This document shows, one piece after another, positions 52,056 to 60,529 of a stretch of 64,000 bases of DNA. Source of the DNA: a bacterium (GTDB lineage Bacteria > UBP15 > UBA6099 > JAJRTR01); assembly GCA_024278215.1 (NCBI GenBank), contig JAJRTR010000138.1, positions 3,747-67,746 on the forward strand. Direction: 5' to 3'. The notes below the pieces were generated by a model that did not search any database, was not told the origin of the DNA, and saw only the letters and a list, made by a program, of their open reading frames with translations. Each line of letters opens with the position of its first letter. The stretch's first letter is position 1. The translations under genes and the position numbers were made by a program.

Positions 52056-52757
52056 TTATAAAGTGCCGCCGCTTCTTACTCCTGTAGATGACTCCATAAA
52101 CATACGTATTCTTCGCAGTTCTTCGTCAATCCCGAGCCGTTTCTCTCTTCCTTCTATTAGCTTCTTCTTCTGGAATTCTATTATTCTTTCTTTTTCTTCC
52201 AGTTTAATGTGTGTCTTCTCAAGGTCTTCGTCCAGCTTTGCATTCTCTTGTCGCAACTGCTCTATTTCTTTCTCCAACTCGTATATTCTTCTCGCGCTTT
52301 TCTCGATTCTGCTATCTCTTTCTCTTATCTCGTCATTAATTGCTTTTAATTCAATCTTTGCCGTTTCAAGCTCTTTTCTGCTGTTTTCTATATATTGCTT
52401 AAATACATCAATCTGTCTGTTGTTTTCTTCAAATATATTGAGTTCTGTAATTTTATCTTTAATTTTCTCCGCCAACTTGTCCAACAGCTCTTCCTTATTT
52501 GTTCCTGCGGACAAGCTCTCTATTTCATGCGGGTCATTTGATGCAAGATATTTATAAACCCTGTCAAGTGTCATCCCTTCCTGAATCAGCTCGACCGTTC
52601 TCCTGAAAACTTCTTTCGCCTCAGGCAGATACCGTCTCCTTCGCCCTCTTCCTGCCGATGGTAGAAACTCGCTGATACGATTTCTATAATATCTCAGGTT
52701 AGACTCGGGAACATCAAGCTCTTGTGCAATTTCTTTAAGGGTTAATAACTCCTGCAT
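52056..52757 (-). CDS. MerR-type HTH protein with long C-terminal coiled coil (RacA-like architecture)
   Basis: LTLKEIAQELDVPESNLRYY...GRGRRRRY HTH, followed by about 120 aa of heptads. Confidence 0.85.
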   Translation of the reverse strand: MQELLTLKEIAQELDVPESNLRYYRNRISEFLPSAGRGRRRRYLPEAKEVFRRTVELIQEGMTLDRVYKYLASNDPHEIESLSAGTNKEELLDKLAEKIKDKITELNIFEENNRQIDVFKQYIENSRKELETAKIELKAINDEIRERDSRIEKSARRIYELEKEIEQLRQENAKLDEDLEKTHIKLEEKERIIEFQKKKLIEGREKRLGIDEELRRIRMFMESSTGVRSGGTL

Positions 52758-52813
52758 ATCCCCAACACATTACTCTTAATTATTGTTGTTTCTGCTTATG
52801 CAAAGATGGTGTT

Positions 52814-53008
52814 TCAGAACCTGAAAACTCCCTGGTAAGGCTCACCCTTCTTAGCCATATACCATTCCTCGAAATCATTCTTTTCAACTCGATATGATTT
52901 CCCTATCTTCACTGCCGGGAGCTCCCTTGTTTTACACCACCTCTGCACTGTCACTTTATTGACTTTCAATATTTCCGCGATTTCTTTGACAGTGTAGAAC
53001 TCTTCCAT
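52814..53008 (-). CDS. Excisionase/BldC-like small HTH protein
   Basis: FYTVKEIAEILKVNKVTVQRWCKTRELPAVKIGKSYRV, 64 aa, GAGG RBS. Confidence 0.9.
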   Translation of the reverse strand: MEEFYTVKEIAEILKVNKVTVQRWCKTRELPAVKIGKSYRVEKNDFEEWYMAKKGEPYQGVFRF

Positions 53009-53054
53009 TATACACTATACCTCATTATACAGTATTTTAATATACCTTATGGGT

Positions 53055-53084
53055 AATATAAAGCACAATGCAGGGCTTTGTCAA
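53055..53084 (-). promoter_or_regulatory. Candidate sigma70 promoter of the three-HTH operon
   Basis: Minus strand TTGACA (53084-53079), 18 bp, TATATT (53060-53055). Confidence 0.55.
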
Positions 53085-53234
53085 TATTAAACGAATAAAA
53101 ATCAATGTGACCCATTATGGCTACGTTATACACACATTAAGCGCACTTTAACGATCTTTGGCGCATTTAGCATTATATCACATGGTTTAGGGCCAATACT
53201 GATTCACGTGTAAAAAGTCACGGATGACATTTCA

Positions 53235-53407
53235 TCGTTCCGGGGCTCCGGCCAGAGGAACACAGGGACTGAACCCTCTGCATTCACCATAAAAAACTTC
53301 GGTGTTCAAGGAAAACTCATAGCTATCGAGACAAGTTTACCACAATACTCACCTTTCCCGGCAATTTCAAAGGATTGCCGGACGGTGGATTTGTGGAAAA
53401 CTCTACA
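53235..53407 (-). repeat. Long dispersed repeat family C, empty-site copy
   Basis: Minus strand GGCAATCCTTTGAAATTGCCGGGAA...CCGAAGTTTTTTATGGTGAATGCAGAGGGTTCAGTCCCTG matches 49218-49592 without the MITE. Confidence 0.75.
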
Positions 53408-53609
53408 TAGGTCTTTGCAGACATTTGGTTATCCTCCGGCACGCTACATTTCTCTACCCACACCAAATAGCGAAGAGGCAGATAAACCATGATTCGTGTG
53501 TAATAAGTCATTTTCAAGAAAAATGTTTTATCAAAATCGGTCAAGATGCTTTAAAATGCTGAACGCACGTTCGTTATAGTTTATCATTGTTGGTTGACAT
53601 TTGTCGTCT

Positions 53610-53793
53610 TCGGCTTATCACACACGAATCAAACCATGTGTGCCGTGCTCGAACCGCATTTGTTCGGGCACGTCCATCAGCGCCGATAAAACTGTAGATC
53701 GCATGTAGATGATACGCTGCATCACACGTTTGAATCCGCTTACGTTATGTTGGGGAGCATCGGATCCATGCGGCTCAACACACAATTCAGTTT
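53610..53793 (+). ncRNA. Candidate structured RNA or ssDNA element, unassigned
   Basis: Four hairpins and two short closing helices; each hairpin has a G-U pair that works only on the + strand. Confidence 0.35.
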
Positions 53794-54274
53794 CCGTAAC
53801 AACACGCCTGCTCGCCTATCTTATCATAATATCATTTATCACAACTAATGATACAGCTTTCAAAAAAGCTGAATATTCAAACATCTGACCTGCAACAATC
53901 AGATGAAACAGTCGCTGAATATATTCTTTTTAATATTTTTCAGACAAAGCTGCGTAAAATATCAAAAAACGGACTATTAGATACCGATAAAATAATAATA
54001 CAAAATACATAAAATACATAAAATACATATTTATGAATTTACAAATTTATAAAAATATTTATCCGTAAAACTTTCTGTTTATCATATATAGAAATAAAAC
54101 ATATACATTATTATACATTATTTGGTCAATTTGTGAATAATTTCACAATGTAATATATGAGAAATAACTGACTTAGATGTCTTCAGTAAGTTTAGTTTAC
54201 TGTATAAATTATCATTGCATGGAGCAGTATTTGAGTATATATATTACCAGTGCAATGCAGAAATTGAAGATAAA

Positions 54275-55213
54275 TCATACGTTATTTTTGTTAATATTAT
54301 TGCCCAATAATTTATCAGACGGATTATGCTTTTTGTGCTCATCCGATATGAATTTTTGTGATGTCTTGAGGTAAATTGACGTTGTTGCTAAATCCTCATG
54401 ACCAAGCGTCTGTCTGACCGCCTCAATATGGCATCCTTCTTCGACCAGATGTGATGCTATGGAATGGCGAAGAAGATGAGGATAAATATGTGACATTATG
54501 CCGACCTGTTTTCCATACTTCGCAACCATATACTGAATCATCCTGACAGACATCTGCTTTTTGTGACGAGAAAGAAAAACAAAAGCCTTCGGAAAAATAG
54601 TTTCCGGCAAAAGACTTTCTCGCTCAATAAAGTAATCAAGCAGTGCATTGCGACATGAGTCCGTCAATGGAACTACTCTTTCTTTTGCCCCCTTTCCCTT
54701 TATTAAAAGGGTGTTTTTTTCGAATGACAGGTTTTCTATCGTTAGCGAGATCAATTCGCTGACTCTGATCCCGGTACTGTATAAAAGGATCAAAACAGCC
54801 CTGTTTCTTAAATAGTCTTTTTCAGAGGGGGCAGGAGCGTTAAGAAGCTGTCTGATCTCGTCCTGGGAAAGTGATGCCGGCAATTTCTTAGCAACCTTCG
54901 GCATATCAATTCCTTCAGAAGGATTGCCGGCAATGACGTTTTCTCTTTGGAGAAATCGAAAAAACGCTTTACATGAGGCGATTTTTCTTGATACTGTCTT
55001 ATTTGAATTGCCTGCTTTCAAACATTCATCTATCCAGGACTCAATAATTTTCTTCTGGAAAAAATCAGTTGTATTGCCGTTGCAATCCGGCTTCTTGTGA
55101 ATAAAGTCTATGAGTTTCAATACATCAAACTCATAAGCCCGGATTGTCTTTTCAGAATACCCCTTTCTTCTAAGGTGAGCCTTGAAATCCGATGTCAATT
55201 CAGAATAGTCCAT
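54275..55213 (-). CDS. xerC: Tyrosine recombinase, XerC/XerD family
   Basis: YSEKTIRAY, KAFFRFL, LYSTGIRVSEL (R), KGKGAKER (K), PHLLRHS (HxxR), LGH, TTSIY (Y); start ATG 55213; XerC versus XerD is uncertain. Confidence 0.9.
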   Translation of the reverse strand: MDYSELTSDFKAHLRRKGYSEKTIRAYEFDVLKLIDFIHKKPDCNGNTTDFFQKKIIESWIDECLKAGNSNKTVSRKIASCKAFFRFLQRENVIAGNPSEGIDMPKVAKKLPASLSQDEIRQLLNAPAPSEKDYLRNRAVLILLYSTGIRVSELISLTIENLSFEKNTLLIKGKGAKERVVPLTDSCRNALLDYFIERESLLPETIFPKAFVFLSRHKKQMSVRMIQYMVAKYGKQVGIMSHIYPHLLRHSIASHLVEEGCHIEAVRQTLGHEDLATTSIYLKTSQKFISDEHKKHNPSDKLLGNNINKNNV

Positions 55214-56031
55214 GTTTTTATTATATATTATCCTTTTTCTTATGTAAATCAACGGTTTAATATATGAAGTTCGCCCTTCTATCCTTATTGCTCTCAGGTT
55301 GTGTACATGCTGTGTTTATACAAATATCCCAGTAAATATGCCAATATTTTGTTCATGCCCGTTGCTTTTAATACCGGAATTGCGTTGCTGTTTTGGAAAT
55401 AAGCAACAATGTTATCTTCTATTTATATGCACTGAATGAATATTTCTGCATCCGACACCGAAATTCAGTATTGTTCACTAAATATATAGCTAAAGCAAGG
55501 CAAACAACAAGGTTGCCTTTGAGGGTTTATGAGTCAAAAAAACGCACGATCTGCAGCTCAACATTATATCTTAACGCAATAACATTACCAGGAAGCCATA
55601 AATGTATAATATGCTTATATCCCATACTGAATATGGAATATATAATATGTGTATGTGAGTTAGAATCACATTGAATTACATGTTGTTGAAACGGAACCGG
55701 AACAACACTGTTGAATAATCAGCAGTGATATGTGAAAGAAGGGATCATTCTGTTTTTTTATGGAAGCTGTATATATTTTAATTCTGCGCAATATTGGCAT
55801 ACCAACATTGCGTAGAAAACAGCCGGTAAATATTTGACTGATGGCGGATTGTCTCATGAAACAGCTTGATGTACATTTCTTGTTGCGGTATTGTGTAAAC
55901 AAACGACTATTGGTCGTGTTGTTAGTTTATGACTGTAATTAGCTCAGTCTTCATTGCACTTTTTCGCGAATACTTCCTTTATTAATATGCTTTTCAGGAT
56001 TTTCGTCCAGATACAAACAGGATGTTTCGAG

Positions 56032-56061
56032 TACCCTACCCTACCCTACCCTACCCTACCC
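56032..56061. repeat. (TACCC)6 pentanucleotide tandem repeat
   Basis: Six exact units read directly from the sequence. Confidence 0.95.
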
Positions 56062-56285
56062 CATTATAATATTTTGATGATAAGGCGTTGTTTTCTGCTG
56101 GTTTTTGTCTGATTTAATAATTTTCTACGTGCGAATCACACCATCTGAAAAAGGATATTATGCTGCAAATATGTCTCATCTTATATCGCTTTACTATGTT
56201 TTTGGGCTCAACTGTTTGTTGTACCAAAATATGAAATGGCATTTCTGAAATAACATGATTCCTCCGATATTGGTATATTTATATA

Positions 56286-56301
56286 TGTTTCACGTGAAAC
56301 A
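56286..56301. promoter_or_regulatory. parS site (ParB loading site)
   Basis: Perfect palindrome TGTTTCACGTGAAACA, identical to the widespread chromosomal parS consensus, in intergenic DNA. Confidence 0.88.
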
Positions 56302-56700
56302 TTTGCAATTCAGCAAAAACAGGCGGTTAATCTCATTATTAGGCTTATTTTATGTTGTTGCAGGTTGTATTTATGATGTCAGGCTATTTTGCTTCTATTC
56401 ACATATACTTGCCTATACTAATCCATTGTATTCAATGACACAGGCAAGTCTCTAATACAGGATGACAGATGAGCGATGATAATTAAAGCATAAATATCAG
56501 CAGACAAAACCGCTATAGGGATATGCTCGAACAGTGCAATCATTTATGACAAATAACAGATGTATGCAATTGAACAGCAATTAGTGTGCAAAAAGTATTG
56601 AAATAATGATGGAATAAGACTATCAATTACGGATATAATAATGATGGACCGGTGAAAAAAGAGGTGTGAAAGAGGGAAATCGTGGAATTGGTCGACAGAT

Positions 56701-57972
56701 ATGATAGATAAGTACGAGATCGACGGGATCGAACTGATATTCGGCAAGGAAGGGCGCCGGGACTGGGGGAAATATACTTTTCCGGTGCTATACGGTCTCC
56801 CGGTGAAAGCAAAATGGAAGCGATACGAGTTTGACTTCAACCTCAAGGGGAATCTCAAACGGATATGCGGGCGCCCCCCCGCATGGCCGAACCAACTTGA
56901 ACAACTCAAACGCACGGAAGGCAACAACTACATATATTACGGTATTTTCGGCTATGAAGCCACGTATCACATGATACACAACTATTATGTGCCGTTCACA
57001 GGCAAGAGCGACCCGCCTGTTTTCAACGAGGCGCCGTTCGAGGAAGAGCATGTCGCACGCGCACTTAAATCTTTTGACGAGTTTATTGAACATGCGGGCG
57101 ATATCGCCGACCGGGCACAGGAGGGGACGCCGGCACAAGATTTTCTCAGGCGGATCCGTGGAAGAAACAGGCGATTTCTTGCCGAAGAGGCAGAAAAGCT
57201 CCATGACATCATCGGCGGATGTGTGCCTGTAATGCCTCCGGATACGCTCGAGGTTGATTATGAGGTCATTCCCCTGTTTATTATGGATGGTTGCCTGTAC
57301 AGGTGTAAATTCTGCTCATTCAAAGGGAATACCATGTTTAATAAACGTGACAAATCGGATGTCGAGCGCCAGATACCGTTATTAAAGCACTTTTATGGAG
57401 AGGATCTGGTTAATTACAATTCAATTGTTCTTGGGCAGAACGATGCCCTTGCAGCCGGAAAGGATATGATCGAATTCGCTGCAATGAAGGCATATACAGG
57501 CCTCAATATTGAAAATTCATATCACTACGGTGCAAATCTTTTTCTTTTCGGCAGTGTCGCGTCACTACTCAACATTGACCACAAGCTTTTCGATACATTA
57601 AACACGTCCCCGTATAATACATACATAAACATCGGACTTGAATCGCCCGACCAGGAAACACTCGATTATCTGGGCAAGCCGATACGCGCTTCGGACATAG
57701 AAACCGCGTTCGATCTGGCATGTTGTGTGAACAAAGAATATGAACGGATACGAATGACATGTAATTTTGTTCTTGGACGCAGCCTTCCTGCGGGGCATAT
57801 CGAATCGGTCAAGAAACTGCTCTCTTCCGCCCCCGGCTACAGTGGGCGGGATACCGTGTACCTCTCACCGCTTATGAACGATTGTGAGAGGGATCAGATA
57901 AGAGATGAACTACAGACTATCAAGTTGGTATCCCGTCCGGATGTCTATCTTTACCTGGTTCAGCAGCTTTAG
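56701..57972 (+). CDS. Radical SAM protein with N-terminal extension
   Basis: GCLYRCKFC (CxxxCxxC), LGQNDAL, INIGLES. Confidence 0.88.
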   Translation: MIDKYEIDGIELIFGKEGRRDWGKYTFPVLYGLPVKAKWKRYEFDFNLKGNLKRICGRPPAWPNQLEQLKRTEGNNYIYYGIFGYEATYHMIHNYYVPFTGKSDPPVFNEAPFEEEHVARALKSFDEFIEHAGDIADRAQEGTPAQDFLRRIRGRNRRFLAEEAEKLHDIIGGCVPVMPPDTLEVDYEVIPLFIMDGCLYRCKFCSFKGNTMFNKRDKSDVERQIPLLKHFYGEDLVNYNSIVLGQNDALAAGKDMIEFAAMKAYTGLNIENSYHYGANLFLFGSVASLLNIDHKLFDTLNTSPYNTYINIGLESPDQETLDYLGKPIRASDIETAFDLACCVNKEYERIRMTCNFVLGRSLPAGHIESVKKLLSSAPGYSGRDTVYLSPLMNDCERDQIRDELQTIKLVSRPDVYLYLVQQL

Positions 57973-58453
57973 CATTGCGGTGTTGCTGTTATTTGTGCAA
58001 TCTGCCGGCAGCCCAAAGGGAGGACAGCGAGACAGCTATTGGGCAGTCTGGTATTCTGTCAATGATGGCCAGATAGTGTATAGACACAACAGGGAGATTC
58101 AGAAATTTGAGTGTACACGGAATAATTGAGAATTCATTCATAATTAGTGCTGTTTTCATTTACGGTAGACATAGTATTTGAGGCCCACGCCAAAGAAACA
58201 ATGCGACATTGAACCAATATCCTGCGTTATGATACAGCAGGGTAATACTTAGGAGGAGTTTTATTGGGACAGATATTACTACACAATAAACAACAGAATT
58301 TGCGGGTTAGACCTGTCCAAACCGGCAGGATAACGCAAGATATTGATCGCGGAAAACGGATTTCAGAAACGGAAGGTAAAAAACAGAAAAATAATGGCTG
58401 AAATCGAGAGTTCACTTTAAAAACACAGCGTGAATCGAAGGGGGTAAAAAAAC

Positions 58454-60160
58454 ATGGCGATGAATTTTGTTGATAAGATAAATATACTCAAACACATAAT
58501 TAAATGGCGGCTTACATGGAATCGAAGGAATACGAAGTATAAATTCACTGTTGACGGAAATCCGAAATTCATGAGTGCCCGGGAAGCTGTCTCGCTTATC
58601 GAGGATGAAGCGGCGGTGTCCACATCCGGACTCGGAGGGAACCAGAGGGCGTCCATACTTTATTGGGCCATTAGAGAAATGTTTCTGGAGACCGGACATC
58701 CGAGGAACCTGACGATAATGAGCATAGGCGGGCAGGGCGGTCGTGGAATCGCGCCGGGGACTGTCGAGGAAATGGGTTTGCCGGGATTGTGCACACGTTT
58801 CATCGCAGGCCACATGGAGACATTCAAGGCTCAGCTGAAGCTGGGGGACGAAGGGCAATGTGAACTCCAGTGCATACCCCAGGGGATTATGTCGCTACTT
58901 TTCGATGCCCAGTCGCGTGGTGTGGGAGAGTTGGTGATGAGGACAGGTGTTGGGACATTCTGCGACCCGAGGGTAGGGAGGGGATCACCGCTTCTGGACC
59001 CCGGAGCCGAGCAACTCATAACTGTGGAGGGCGATAATCTAAAGTATCGGATTCCGAAGATAGACGTATCGATATTCAATGCGCCGGCGGCGGATCGTAA
59101 GGGGAATATATATGTCAGGAACTGCTCGATGGTGGGCGAAAGCTACGAAATGTCGATTGCCGCGAAGAAAAACGGCGGGAAGGTTATTGCAACAGTCGGG
59201 CTGCTTGTTGATGAAGGATATGATGAGATCTTTCTGCCTGCCGACAAAGTGGATGCAATTGTCGTATATCCGGGCACAGAGCAGACGGGGTCGATCCCGC
59301 ACCGAAAGTACTGGCCGCTGTTCACGACAAACAGCGATATGTCCATAGATGACGGTATCGAGCGTTTGCGCTGGATCAACCGGGTGCTGGGCATAACGCC
59401 GCGCAGGAAAGCAGTCGACAATGTGCTGGCGCGTCTGGCGGCAACTACACTGGCGGAGAATCTGAAGAAAGGTTCTTATGTCAATGTGGGGGTGGGGCTG
59501 CCCGAGGAAGTTTGCCGGCTTATGTACGAGGGCGGCCTGTTTGAAGACATTACGCTGCTGACGGAAAGCGGCGTGATGGGCGGCCTGCCCGCGCCGGGCG
59601 TTTTCTTCGGCTCGGCCGCCTGCCCGGAGAGGATCATAAGTTCAGCGGCGATTTTCAAGATGTGCTACGAAAAGCTGGACATAACTTGCCTCGGACTGCT
59701 CCAGGCGGACAGCGATGGAAACGTCAACGTCTCCAGAAGAGGGGAGGGCGCTATAAACTATGTCGGCCCGGGCGGTTTTATCGATCTGACGACCGCCGCC
59801 GGTATGGTCAATTACATCGGTACCTGGATGGCGCACGCAAAATATTCAGTAAGCGACGGCAAGATGAAAATCGCCAAATCCGGAATACCGAAATTCGTCG
59901 ATAAAGTAGATGAAATAACATTCAGCGGTCCTGAAGCAGTGAAGGCCGGTAAAAAGGTCTTTTACAACACAAATGTCGGGGTTTTTCAACTCACAGTACG
60001 TGGTATGGAACTTATTAAGGTTATGCCGGGCATTGATATTAAGAAAGACATACTGGATGTGTCGTCGATGAGGATTGTACTGCCGAAAAACGGCGAAGTG
60101 CCGCTTGTCGATAGATCAATCGTTACCGGAGAAGGTTTCCGGCTGGAGTTCGGCAGATGA
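58454..60160 (+). CDS. Family I CoA-transferase, fused alpha/beta (YdiF/propionate CoA-transferase-like)
   Basis: TGVGTFCDPR, ADRKGNI, VNVGVGLPE, TESG (catalytic Glu), DGNVNVS, GPGGFIDL. Confidence 0.92.
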   Translation: MAMNFVDKINILKHIIKWRLTWNRRNTKYKFTVDGNPKFMSAREAVSLIEDEAAVSTSGLGGNQRASILYWAIREMFLETGHPRNLTIMSIGGQGGRGIAPGTVEEMGLPGLCTRFIAGHMETFKAQLKLGDEGQCELQCIPQGIMSLLFDAQSRGVGELVMRTGVGTFCDPRVGRGSPLLDPGAEQLITVEGDNLKYRIPKIDVSIFNAPAADRKGNIYVRNCSMVGESYEMSIAAKKNGGKVIATVGLLVDEGYDEIFLPADKVDAIVVYPGTEQTGSIPHRKYWPLFTTNSDMSIDDGIERLRWINRVLGITPRRKAVDNVLARLAATTLAENLKKGSYVNVGVGLPEEVCRLMYEGGLFEDITLLTESGVMGGLPAPGVFFGSAACPERIISSAAIFKMCYEKLDITCLGLLQADSDGNVNVSRRGEGAINYVGPGGFIDLTTAAGMVNYIGTWMAHAKYSVSDGKMKIAKSGIPKFVDKVDEITFSGPEAVKAGKKVFYNTNVGVFQLTVRGMELIKVMPGIDIKKDILDVSSMRIVLPKNGEVPLVDRSIVTGEGFRLEFGR

Positions 60161-60196
60161 ACCGCAACATACCTGCCCGGCGGGCGCAGCGGATAG

Positions 60197-60223
60197 CCCG
60201 GATTTCTTTGTTGGAAATCCGGG
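60197..60223. repeat. MITE B-derived palindrome, possible terminator
   Basis: CCCGGATTTC-TTTGTTG-GAAATCCGGG downstream of the CoA-transferase gene. Confidence 0.55.
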
Positions 60224-60529
60224 ATAACGGGGAATAGCGGGGTAAAGAAACCGCCGCCGGGGTGGGACCAGGTTGAAATGGCCTCTGACCCCTGATTCAA
60301 ATGTTCAATATCAAGCCTTATATCCAATGTCCGGGCCCGATCCATATCCTCCACGAAATATTCATTGTTTGTACATGTTCATGACGTAGCAGGCCGGCAA
60401 TAATATTATTGAAAACAAAAAATGCAACGATCCGACGTAGGTGATATATGTTTAAGAATCAACGTGTTGGAATACAATAGACGGTGGTGGCAAGACCAGG
60501 GCAGGGTAGGGCAGGGCGCTTGAAATATT

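Noticed and set aside
49729-55213. Recombinase region as an island integrated at tRNA-Leu
   Set aside because: The recombinase lies on the 5' side of the tRNA, I found no duplicated tRNA 3' end, and the protein has Xer-like size with no arm-binding domain
55591-55619. dif-like sequence GGAAGCCATAA-ATGTATA-ATATGCTTATA upstream of the recombinase
   Set aside because: Needs a 7-bp spacer and matches the conserved XerD arm (TTATGTTAAAT) poorly; plausible by chance in AT-rich DNA
55253-56700. Short ORFs in the AT-rich spacer
   Set aside because: No RBS or motifs and composition unlike real genes; treated as non-coding
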